From the NCBI RefSeq assembly GCF_001194135.2, contig NC_068984.1, positions 31,642,405-31,675,404 on the forward strand: DNA of 33,000 nucleotides, written 5' to 3'. Made by a program: the position numbers and the translations under genes. Below, piece after piece: positions 11,713-23,517 of the stretch (its first letter is position 1; every line of letters starts with the position of its first letter). The notes beneath the pieces were generated by a model. The model searched no databases. It had not been told where the DNA came from and worked only from the letters and a program-made list of their open reading frames with translations. The DNA comes from Octopus bimaculoides (Eukaryota).

Positions 11713-11850
11713 CATTCAAGATTCACGCCACCGTGAAATTCAGGCGAGAATTAACAACTTCGTTTGGGGGTATATTTATATTTGTTGAATGGGATGTGGT
11801 CACTTGTCTGTGTTTGCTTATTAGGTTGCACTTGCGTCTGTTGATTGGCT
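11713..11850 (-). promoter_or_regulatory. Candidate Pol II promoter plus short first exon ending ATG/GTAAG
   Basis: Minus strand: AGCCAATCA (11850-11842), TATAAATA (11780-11773), then ATG (11715-11713) directly followed by the donor GTAAGG. Confidence 0.3.
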
Positions 11851-12443
11851 ATTATTTTGAGAGCATTCTTTGGTCATTTTCTGGTGCTTAGATTTTTTAT
11901 TTGTTTTGCTGTTTTTATTGTTTTAATATTTATCTGTTAAATTTTATCTGTTAATGTATATACGTTACTTTGGCCAAGTTTTTCCTGATACGTATCGTGT
12001 TGTAGTGGCAAATATTTTCATATTTGAATGTTTTTATTGAACGCTTTTGTTCCGTCAAGATAAGATGGTTTTAAAAGCTTATTTGTGTACATATTTGTTG
12101 AAGGCATAGAGAATGTATATGTATCTCTGAAAACGTCTGAGTGCATCATGTATTGTAAACTATATTTCATAGTTGAGGGGCTTTAGCTAGTGGCTTACGA
12201 ACTTTCTTTTGGTAGAGAATAAAATGTTTCAAGAATTTTTCAAAAAGAAGCTTTGTTGTAACTTAACGACTATCTTTTAAACTGATTTAGAAGTTTTCTT
12301 TGTTTCTATCTTTGAAGATGTGTTTTTTTATCATAGATATTTATTGTGTGTGTGTGTCTGTGTGTGTGCGTGCATGTGTGAGTGCGTATGATGCGTCTTG
12401 TTTTATCTCGTGTATCAATGTAATGCTCAGTTTATTGTTGCAT

Positions 12444-12504
<61 letters not shown>

Positions 12505-13699
12505 GAGACACACACATATATATGCACAAAGGTTGCAGAAGTGAGAGAGAAAGGACACTACCATTGCGAGTAGTGCTTAATTATATGGTTTTGGAGAGTA
12601 AATTTTGGTAGTCAGTTAAACATTTGCAAAGTTTATCGAGGCCTCGGTTAATTTAATTTATTTCATATTGCTGCAGTCATCTCAGCTGTAAAGGAATAGC
12701 GCCTTACAGACTAATATCCTTTGATAGCTGCAGCACACTGTATGCAATGATTTGCAGTTCTTCTGCACAATAAGAACACTTTACAAATGTGTGTGCACAG
12801 TCTCATGTGAGGTTCCATGAGTTTTGTAACCCTCCTGTAATTGATCAATCTTGATGACGTTTTTTACTCTAAAGAGGAAGCCTATTATTTTGAGTACTGT
12901 TTAAGCAATGTTACAGATAAGGGTTGCTATGAAAATCATATGATATTGCAACGTCATAGCATTTATGATGAAAGTGAGTGATTTAAATGGGTCTTTAGAA
13001 AAGTGTATTACAATATAGTGTGCAGTGTAGCGTGTTTCCCTAACGTGTGTTATGGTGTTCTTTAAAGAGAATAGAATGTCATGCCATCCCATCGTAGGAT
13101 ATTTTCAAGGAATCTGTTTTCTGAGACAGAGTTGGTCCAGTGAGAACTGTTGAGATTATGTATATGTAAAAAAAGAGTAAAGCATTGTTTGATCTACGTA
13201 GAAGTAAGAATTTGCATAAAAACACGTCAGAAAAATATATAGATGTGTATGTGCGTGTGTGTGTGTTTGTGTGCATGCGTGCGTGTGTGTCGGTGTGTCT
13301 TTTTGTCTGATTGTGTGTGTTTATTTCTAATATACGTAATTTTTCTATTTTTCAATATGAGCGAAAGGCAGAGAAAGTAATAAATATAAATTCGCCGAAA
13401 TGTTATAGCTTAAAGAGTAATTATGAAATAAATGTTATTTTGATACGCTTTCGGCTTAAATTGTGAGTAACCAAATTTTCTTATACAAAAATATTGTCTT
13501 AGTTGTATTACTGTCAAAATGAAAACAAGATACTCTTCAAATGTTGGTGTATATCAATACTCTAGTCTTATAAAATATGAAAATCACTGACCCACAAATG
13601 CAGTTACCTGGATTCCCCTGGTTCATGCAATTTCTTTTGTCATTGTTCGTTGGAAAGTTGTTTACCTGCAACTCTTGCTGTTTGACAACTAATACTGGT

Positions 13700-14290
13700 G
13701 CGTGAGGCATCATAGTAGTAGCTATTTGCGAGCAGCATTAGTGAATCCACACTGCTTGATAAAGCTACAATGTTGATATCCTCAAACTATGAGCAGCACA
13801 TCAGACATCTCTAAAAACATATGTATCACCCGCTGCCACAAGCCCTTTCTTTATAATTTGTGCACGCGTGCGCGCGTGTGCTGGCAACCACCCAATAAAA
13901 GTGCAATAGGACAATATGAAGAGGCTCACGGCCATCTGGCTTGCCCATCAAAATCAGAGATTTGCGATGCTCTACATCAAGCTCATGTTGTGTCAAATCA
14001 GATATCGGCAGCAATACACACTCTGCAGTAATAGCTAGATTTGTTATGCCATTTCAGCTCTAATTTCACGCTACGATCCTTACCAGCAGCTCACCGAAGC
14101 CATGTAGAGACGTGTTCCTGTCACTCAGTTCCCAAAATGTGATAGTAAGACACTGACCCGATCCTTGAAGACAATTCTACTGAATGTAGAGATTCATTTT
14201 GCGGCACATTGGCATCATCAGCAAGAGGCTGTACAACTTGGAGACATGGTGGGGAGCAACTCGAGAGCTACAAATTAAAATGAATCCAAC
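13700..14290 (+). mobile_element. Degenerate RTE-clade LINE fragment (late RT to C-terminus)
   Basis: Across frames: SYL(G)SSISESTLLDK; VLATTQ*KCNRTI*R (cf. VLTTLLYGCETWTLYR); SEICDALHQAHVVSNQISAAIHTLQ**LDLLCH (cf. EVLQRA...QLRWLGHV); DSKTLTRSLK (cf. FKDTLKxSLK). Confidence 0.5.
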
Positions 14291-14729
14291 ATTTTGCAAG
14301 GTTACAAAGACTACAAAATGCTGCTACAAATTCTCTGCTAACATCTTAAAAAAAAAGAATGCCATATGAAACATTAGACTCCATTATTATGTTCTAGTCA
14401 ATTAGAGTTAGCTTGAGGCTAAACAACGCATAAATTCTAATACCATAATATTCTGATGCAATATCTATTGATCAGGTTATTTCTCATAAATAATATAAAT
14501 AAATATATCGAAATATCATAACACCGGATAATGATTGTAATGTCATATAAAATATCATAATGCAACTCATAAAATAACATGCCAATAATATATTACAACC
14601 TAGCAATATCTCAGTATAATTATTATACACTGATTGGACAATTTGAATTTAGTTATGTGATCAAAGTATTATATACATCATCGCAAAATAGCTGAGTGGA
14701 ATATCAATCAATTTTTACAGCGGATATGT

Positions 14730-14930
14730 GTATTATATTTTCCTTAGTAATCTCATGCATAACCTCCACTGCTTATATTGGCGTACTTTGTTATGGTGGT
14801 CCTTATACCCATCTGATGTCAGTATCAGACAAGTTGATGTAGGTTGTCTACTGCTGAATTATATTGTCCTAACACCTGCATTTTAGGTTAGCAACATTTT
14901 CTAAGATATGAGCTTGTTAATTTCTGGTAA
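14730..14930 (-). mobile_element. RLE-type (R4/Dong-like) LINE fragment, zinc-knuckle region
   Basis: Minus translation PK..GQYNSAVDNL / TCLILTSDGYKDHHNKVRQYKQWRLC (cf. CRxCGQYxETVDHLxSGCxxLxxxEYKxRHNKVGQYIHWKLC). Confidence 0.55.
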
Positions 14931-15029
14931 ACTAGCTGGTCTTGTGCTGCCGGCATACATTATTGTTATTATTATCGTTATATATCACAGAACTGAACGG
15001 AAATAAAATATTCGTTTTATTGTTTTACT

Positions 15030-16400
15030 ACATGTTAATTGTATAGTCTTAACAAAACCGACCTCGAAAGCATTTTTTCAAGATTATATGCTGTTCCAAT
15101 GTAAACAGATGTTTGGAATATTCTCATACCTGCTTTGATATCCGACCATTGCTGGTGGCAAGCTAATTTGGGGGAGATTGAACTTAATACTCTCATAGTA
15201 ATTGATACAACATTCACATTTGCTGTTGGGCATTTTCACATTCATAATATCACCATTTTTACATCGGCAAATTTCGAGGTATGTTTACTTCATTGTTGGC
15301 AACGATTTGTCAGAGGGAATTGCATCGTGTATTATGTAGCATTTTTTTTTCTTTTTCTTATGCACAATAAAGCCTTGCCAACAGTGTTCAATTGTTATGT
15401 CTAACTGGAAATCAAAATCTCAAATAATTTTCCCTTCATTTTTATTTAGACCCCTTTATGGTATATAATTGTACCACTTGTTTGAAATGTTCTGTTCGTA
15501 TTTGTCGTAAGGGGACCAAACGTTATCATTATCGCACATTCTTTTTGTTCTAATATTTTGCACCCTGCATCGCTGATTACATAGGTAACATTTGGTCGTT
15601 GAAGGGGCGGAGTGAATACCCTTACTCACTGAACTAGTGCTGAGAACTTGCTCTTGAGACACTACCATTAAACACTAAACTTTTCTCTTTAAATCTTCGC
15701 TCGGGATCCACTTAAGTAGGGCGGCAATAAAGTGCCGTCTCAGAATGGGGATCCTGCCAGCGACGACGCAGTTCGTCACCTGTCTGCGCCGAGTGGACAG
15801 CATGCACTGAGCATAGGCATGCGCCTTGAAGCTGAGATGCTTAGAGAAAACAACTCATTGTATATTTTTTTGAGTTAATATCTGTTTTTAATTCCTATTA
15901 TAGAATGAAGCAGGCGATTAGTTGATAATTTCCTGCTGCTTTTATTTTTATCGGATCTTTCATTATTAGAGTTGCTCGTCCTTCATTATCAATTCTGGTA
16001 CAGCTTCTTGTGTCACACATTCAGATGGTTATTCAGAGGGTTCCCAGTCTGAGTGTGTAAAACTTTTCGATGTTGTATCGATAAGCCTTTGACCTAATCT
16101 GGTCCTGTGACCTTCCAAATCGTACTATCTTTACCTGCTGCAGATCATTGCCTCCAATTATCCAACTAGGATATTGTTTCGCTGAACTGCTTATTCCCAC
16201 TTTAAGTATTTTGATTCATTCCGCATATCAATGATGTGTGATCGAGCATCCCCAAATTCCTGTCCAAAATTATATTGCTTCCCCAAAACTTAAGTAGTAA
16301 TATTTCCTTAAATGTTATAGTAAAACTGCCTGAATTATCGAAAGGTTTCCTTATGCTCGAATTAATGGAAATGCTCTTTTAATGCAACGCTTTGTTTTGG
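15030..16400 (-). mobile_element. RLE-type (R4/Dong-like) LINE remnant lacking the RT core
   Basis: Minus translation FWTGIW..., WKVTGPD*VKG, GRATLIMKDP..AGNYQLIAC (RT start), jumping to LKWIPSEDLKR..VSQEQVLST, KCYLC, KWYNYIP, KII*DFDFQLDITIEH..IVHKKKKKKCYIIHDAIPSD, VVSITMRVLSSISPKL, FQTSVYIGTAYNLEKML; followed by an (ATA)n-like tail near 14950-14980. Confidence 0.75.
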
Positions 16401-16439
16401 TTGCTTTTGCATTTACGCTTTACTAGTTAGCTTAGTTTT

Positions 16440-16660
16440 TAAGGTGCTGCACGCATGATCATGAGATTGTGGTTTTGATTGCTGAACCGGATCATACGTA
16501 GTGTTCTTGAGCAAAGCATTTCATTTCACATTGCTCTTGTACATTCAACTGGCTAAAAATACTAGAGTTGCGGCTGGATGGCATTTCGGCCAAGGAGAAA
16601 CTGACATACGCCACAGAATCCAGGAAAACGGCCTAATGAGCCTATGTTATGGGAAGAACA
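16440..16660 (+). mobile_element. Diverged CORE-type SINE
   Basis: gtgttcttgagcaaagcatttcatttcacattgctcttgtacattcaactggctaaaaat core, related to 8729-8972. Confidence 0.5.
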
Positions 16661-19047
16661 TTTGATCTCCTTTTCTAAATAATAGCCATCTTTACTTTCT
16701 TCAACTGGTTAATGTGTTTGCTATGTAACAATATACTAATATCAGAATACTATTCTGCTACAACATTGCAATATTATCATCCTGCAATATCACGATTTCT
16801 TGTTCAGTATTCCTATTTAACTTTTAATACTCCATGTGTATGCAAATACTATAATGCACAAACACAAAACAACTTTCGTAGCATAAATTTACATATTGTT
16901 TGTAAAAAATCTGATGCTGCGTTGTGGTTAACACGGTGCAAAATTTTGTTCTCTATCAATATTAGCCTATGAAGCATATGCTTGCATTGAATACATCTAT
17001 TCATTTTCTTGTGTAGATGTGTGTGTGTACAGTTAAATTTCCCTTCTGCATTGGTTACTTGCGTAACATATCAACTAATACATTGTATAAAGTACAGAAA
17101 TTATTTTGCACATGCCAATACGTCGTTAAAATTTAATATTCCCAATGCCTATACATTTTCAATAGAATATTGTGCATAGTTCACACACATGCGCACGCAC
17201 CCACGCATGCACATACACACACACGTGTGTGTGTTTGTAGTTTTCTGCTTTTTGCTTTTTTTTCGGTTATTTTTAAGGCTGCATCTCATTAAGGGACAAA
17301 ATAATATTTAATTCCTTAGGTAAGTCAAAGAGAATAACTGTAAACATTACTGTTTAGAAAACTTGGGAGTTAATGCTCAATTTGTGTAAGAGATTTGTGC
17401 TTTAATAACACACGGTGTTTCGGTGCAAATATTAAATTACAGTAACTTGACATTCACTTACTTTTGCACCCAAAGACCTTTCTTTTTTTTAAATTGCTCT
17501 TATTACACACGGGTAACAGAACATATCCTTCTAAACTTGCTAAGCGCATTGTATTAGCGAGGAAATACAATTGACATGGGAGTCAACAATGGAAATGTCA
17601 CCTAGTTGTTGACGCTGCTGGATGTGGCAAATAAATCATGTTCAAGATATAACCTATCATCTTAAAAAAGGGAAACACGTTAGATAAGGTAGTCTAAGAT
17701 ATACAATGCATATGAGAAGAATAGGATAAACATAGCAGGAATATTTTTGATATTAGGCCTGGTCAGTCAAGTAACGCACAGAGTTAATAATTACATCATG
17801 CAATACACTTTTTGGCATTCCTGCATATTTGTTCCCAGGTCTTCTTTGAGCAGATCCAGGATGAACGGCATTCATCTGTAACTGTTCACTCTATTAAGGA
17901 AATCACTCAATATATTATTTAACGTGCTGTTCCTCTTTCAAAATTATTGTGTATGGTCTGAAAACGATACGAATGGTATCTTTGACTTGCATAAACACAG
18001 AAGCTCCCATGTAGGCGCAAAAAATTTACAATCAACTGATAATCACCTACCTACTTGAGATCTGTAATTATGATCATTGTTTAAATTATCCAGAGTATTA
18101 AAAAGCTTGGAGGATAAGTATGCTGGTTATGCTGTAGAGGGTATGCTTTTAAACTATTTTAATAATATGAAATACTTACGAGCAATACCCCCATTCAGTG
18201 TCCATGCTGAGTAATTAACAATCAAGATTTGTTTGTAACATATGCTACGAGTTCATATTCATTCATGCACCATATCATACATTTAATTAGTGATTCTGTA
18301 ATCTCTGCTTTTCCGACGTCTATGATTCATGGAGAAACGATATCAAAACAAAGACAAGTATGAAATTGTCTTCCTTTTTTACTGAAAGAGCTAAAATAAT
18401 ACTAATCGTTGAATAAGGGATTCTTTCGGTGTATAAATATTTTTAATGAGAGTTCTTTTTTGTGTTCAGTGCATTAAATCTAACATTATTTTGTTTTTGA
18501 ATTAAGTTCGCAAGATTCCCGAGATACAACAAAACATACATATACATTCCATAGCTTGCTGAAATGGTTTCATTACGAACAGATGACCCTATTAATCAAT
18601 ACGAAGTGAAGAAAGCGTTTGCTTGCTTAATGCAGAGAGCACGATAATTTTAATTAATCAAAATTATACCCTTATCAGGGAGATGTAAACGTAGTTGAAC
18701 AATCTGTAAGTCAACCGAAAAATAGCAAGCGTTACAACACAGAATCAAACAGAAAAAAAAATGAGTTAATGCGCCAAGGATCCAATTAATTAAAAATGGG
18801 AATAGATAACAGAGGAAGGATAGTCTATCGTATTGACTCATCCAGCTGTAATATTTCAGTCAAAACTAACAAAAATAATTTACATTAAATGCATAGTTCC
18901 TTCTAACGGAACCGGCGCATGACTATGCATATAGATAAAAATATAACAACCAAACTGGTGGTTCTACGACGCTAGTCTTTCTGGTCGTAGCTTGAATGCC
19001 TTTAGTCAGCTTGACCATACACCTCAGTAGCATATATCATAGTCTTT

Positions 19048-20680
19048 TATGTTAGAAACGTACTTCTGTCATTATGACCAGATATATTACAACGTAAATC
19101 AGTTATAATAATCGTAATTTGTTAGAAGCATAATTTTACAATTTTGATAGAAACTTTTCTATTTGACATTAGTTACGATTTTATTTAAAATGTCAATACT
19201 GATATAGATTTTTGTGAGAATTAAAAAGAATACAAATATTATTTTTTTGTAACTAGAATCAACAATAAGAATGTCATGGACCTTCTTTTCTAATATTAGC
19301 CAATCAGATTTGTCCATTTTTCTACACACTGTCATGATGTTATGGAATGCGTTAATTTTTTTATATTTCTGGATTTGAGACGCCATGAAGTTTTTGAGAT
19401 TTTCGCAATAAAAATATTTTTACTTTAGAAATTGATAATAAAAACATTACAAAACCTTTACAGATGAAAAATATTTCCTGAAAGAAAATGAAGACTTCAA
19501 ATTGGCGTTTGCAATTAAACTTTGTGATACATGACAAACTGAACATCAAACTCTAAGCATAAACTGTAAAACCTAACCATAAACGCTAAACCTTAAATTT
19601 AAACCTTTTACAGTAAACCCTAATATCTAACCTTAAATTAGAAACAACCATAAACCCTTACTCTAGCTCCAAGAGAGTTTCAGTTTGCTGATATGTGAAC
19701 ATCGTTAACGGGAAGGAATGTCGGAAATTGATTGGCTAAACTGGCAAACGGTTTGAAAGTTTAAAACTTCGTAAATGTTTTTAATATCAATATCTCCAAA
19801 AGTTGATGGTGATTTTTTGCAATTGGCATAAAAAAATAAATCTGCTTAACAATTTTCTTTGAGATTAGAATTCATCTGTAAAACCAAAACAATCCTCTGA
19901 ATTTTTACGTTAAAAACTTCAGTCAGTACAGTATATGTTAGAAATATACTCTTGCTATCGCTATCATATGTTAGAAAAATAATTTCGTCATCGTAAACTC
20001 ATGTACTTGTAACATCTACCGTCATCATGTTCAAAATATGTTTGAGCTTGCAATTTGTTTCACAGTAATACATATAATAATTGTATATCTATCATCACAT
20101 ATTTCTGTCATTCTAATATAAGAGAGAAGTATTTTTCTGTCGTAAGAAGCTGATATGTAAGAAAAATACTTTCGAGGTCATAATTTTATATGGAAGAAAA
20201 GAAGTTTAAATATGTGATAGATATATCTGAAGTTCACTTAAAGCTTATTTTCCATCACTTATTAGCGCTGCTATTACTATATTTGTTATGACCAGGCGCT
20301 ATACAAGTGCAAGTCAGACGCTAATATTGATTGTCTCATTATAAAACTACGGCTTTCTAATCTACTCAGGGTTATCTCTCTTCGATATCTCCTACTGAGA
20401 AAGGCTAGCGCCAGAAATGCGTCTAGGAGTCCGTTAAAGAGAAACACTGAGCAGATAAGATGTTTTTACACCTTTTACCATAAGCAAGAAATTTTTCTCC
20501 GCAGTAAACTACAGTGAAATTGCCTTTGGAAATGGAAAATATGTCACAAACATATTTTGAACTAAACTATATACATTAGTTATAATCACAAATGTTCCAA
20601 ATCTACTTCTGTCATAATCGTATGTCAGAAACATACATCTGTTATAATCGTAGAGCATATGTCGCAATATATACTGCAAA
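19048..20680. repeat. Degenerate, interrupted ~30-bp satellite
   Basis: Units approximating tatgt(t/c)agaaacatacttctgtcataatcg at 19048, ~19933, ~19966, ~20153, 20591 and 20621; the last two are adjacent at period 30. Confidence 0.55.
19547..19666. repeat. Degenerate telomere-like (TAAACCC/TAACCT)n tract
   Basis: aaacctaaccataaacgctaaaccttaaatttaaacctttacagtaaaccctaatatctaaccttaaa...taaaccctta. Confidence 0.55.
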
Positions 20681-21545
20681 TAATTCGATCATCACAGTCT
20701 TGTGTGCCACATTGTATTTCTTAATTACATTTTCTTAAACAAAACCAAAAACTGCAAATGAATACAAAAATGAAAATACTGTATATTAAAATTTATCTGA
20801 CAGAATGATGTTAATTTTACCTAAAGAAAAAAACATGAAAAATCATTCTGTCATTGGAATCTTATATGCAAACATTTTTATACAACTCTGCATCATTATA
20901 TGAATGTATGTATGTATGTATGTATGTATGTACGTATGTATGTATGTATGCTTTAAATATTTCTAAAGCAAAACAAAGCAGGTTATGAAGAACTAATAAT
21001 ACAAGTCTATGGTTTGTATTATTCTGATGTATTCTAATATTCCAGGGTTAGGATCCCTTCTTTAGGAAATGTACAGAGGAAAGGTGCTGATAGCTGACCC
21101 ATGAACGAGTCCTCGTCATGAAATATTAACATACCAAGTAATAGTGCTAGCCATTGACATGTGATATAATTTTTTAATAACTTGCATTGGTTTAGCTTAA
21201 AAATATTATTCAAACATTTATAGACATATCACACAGTGATTCATAAAAACTATACTATACTATATATGTATGTACGTATGTATGTATCTAACTATCTATC
21301 TCTCTATATATACATATATGTGTATATGTATGTATATGTATGTATGTATATGTATGTATATATGTGTGTGTGTGCATATATATGTTTATGTTTGTATGGT
21401 TGTAAGTATGTATATATATGTATGAAATGAAACTAATTAGCTAAGAGGACCTATATTTGAACGACAAACATATGTAAGGATTTCTGCGTGCATATGTGTG
21501 TATGTGCATGTGTGTGTGTGTGTTTGTGTGTGCGTGTGTGTGTGC

Positions 21546-21594
<49 letters not shown>

Positions 21595-21605
21595 CATGCG
21601 TTTGT

Positions 21606-22598
21606 GTGCTGTTGGCCAAAAGGTTTTTTCAGTTTTAAAAAATTCTCTTAATGATACGGGTACGTTTCGTTTCAGTGTCCTCTGCTATCTTGTGGTCAGA
21701 TACATTATTCCTTGTTCGAGGAATTTCCTGTATTCACTGATGAATATCTCTCTCAAGCAAGTTTTTACTTCATTTTCAGAGTCGAAGATCTGTCCATTCA
21801 ATGAATTTTGAAGAGACCGAAACAGGTGTAAATCTTAAGATGCAGTGTCAGGCAAAAAGGGAGGGTGTGGTAAAACATCGCAACCAAGTCGCAGTAACCT
21901 TTGTTGGATCTGCAAAGAAGTATGCAGTCTGGCATTGTCGTATTGCAAGACAATGTCCTTACGGTTAGGAAGTGTTGGACGCCTCTGATGGATCGCAACG
22001 TTTAATATGTCTAGTTGGCCACAATCACATTTTGTCCGATATGATGGGCCTGTCTTTGAGAAGAAGCTCGAAAAATCAACGTTCTTCCAATCTCAACAAA
22101 CTGAAAGCATAATCTTCTTCATCGAGCTTGCTGACGTACCCAAGCTGTAGAAGGTGTTTTTCAGTACGCGATTTGGATACTGGAGGAACACATCGGTTAT
22201 ACTACGGGTTTTATAACAGGGTTTAGTATGGACTAGCTCCTTCATTTTGTCGTGATTAATCTCAGTTGACTGGCTAGAGGAAGGTGCAACTTGAACTGAA
22301 ATGTTTCCTAATCGGAATCTTTAAAACTACTTCTGGCACACACATCCCTTAAAGGCTACCTCTCCATACACAGCATATATGTTTCTGCATGTTTCTGCCG
22401 CTTTCTTGCCTTTTTTAAATAGAAAAAATTCATGTGATTTCGATAATGTTCGTTTTGGTTCTCCAATGTCAGGGTGATCACAAGCACACAAAATACAACC
22501 TGTTTCAACTCAATTGTCAATAATCTAACGTTGAAGTGTCAAGTATCCAACGAGTGCGCATGCGCAAGTAGATCGAGCGGTCGTTTTGGCCAGCCTAG
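21606..22598 (-). mobile_element. Mariner transposon, internally deleted and degenerate
   Basis: Residual TIRs (gttggccaaaa 21611-21621; ttttggccagcctag+TA ending 22600) and tgcgcatgcgca in the 5' region. Translation KKGKKAAETCRNIYAVYGE...GYVSKLD / KIMLSVC*DW...LQYDNARLHT...DVLPHPP..YHLFRSLQNSLNG. The WVPH-to-TGDEKW segment is missing. Confidence 0.85.
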
Positions 22599-22748
22599 TA
22601 TATATTTTCTTTAGATCGAATTTTTTACTTCTTGGCACGAAATTTCTCTTTCGGATCTGCATTAGAACAGATTCTGTTTACTGTCTATGGCTATCGTTTT
22701 TATTGGTTAGTTTCTAATGTTATTTTCTTAAGGCATTGTCTATGGCTG

Positions 22749-23198
22749 TTATTCTGTTTGCCAATCATTTGGTTGTTCTACTTTCATTGATCCAATTTTT
22801 TTATTGTTATTTCTTTTTATATATCCTGTTTTTCTTAACTTGAATTTTTCTGATATTTTCCGCGTATTGCCTTCTGTTGCCCAATGAAGTAGTTCTTCTA
22901 GGACATGACACAACCTATCAAAAGAAGATGCATTTACACAATCGACATTTTTGAGTGGAGCGACATTTAAAATAGTCAACGGATAAAATATACAAACAAT
23001 TCTAGACACAGAAAAATATGAGAAACATAGGACAAAGAACGGGAAGTACACTACTGCAGAATAAACTACAAAAATTATTAAAACAAGGGACGACAACATC
23101 ATACCAAGTCTTAATAAGATAACAACAGAGACCGCTAAGGAAAACGAACCTACGCCTGAATATATTGAACCAACCCTAGTATCGAACAAAGACAGCAC
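22749..23198 (-). other. Unassigned 149-codon open frame with hydrophobic N-terminal half
   Basis: Stop-free frame from the ORF track with a GTG start and no recognisable family motif; the strand is T-rich here. Confidence 0.15.
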
Positions 23199-23481
23199 AT
23201 CGGTTTAAAACTCAAGTCATGAGAAAAAGAATTCGGTTTAAATAAACAACCTAATGTAGACTGCGTATTAAGTAAGCTTCCAGTTAAGTTGAAAAAGTGT
23301 AAAATTTAAATATATATCAACACAAGTATATACATTTATGTGTTTATATATATATATATACATTTATGTGTTTTTATATNNNNNNNNNNNNNNNNNNNNN
23401 NNNNNNNNNNNNNNNNNNNNNNNNNNNNNNNNNNNNNNNNNNNNNNNNNNNNNNNNNNNNNNNNNNNNNNNNNNNTATATA

Positions 23482-23517
<36 letters not shown>

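Noticed and set aside
13826-14014. Minus ORF MLPISDLTQHELDVEH... as a host exon
   Set aside because: It is antisense to RTE-like motifs on the plus strand and is interrupted by stops on both sides.
15700-16430. Possible piggyBac element (ttaa words, DWEPSE-like peptide)
   Set aside because: No matching TIR pair; the minus strand translates to RLE-LINE RT-start motifs instead.
17414-17476. Tiny mariner-MITE-like hairpin (ggtgcaaa...tttgcacc)
   Set aside because: Only about 8-12 bp of inverted match and no TA TSD; compatible with chance.
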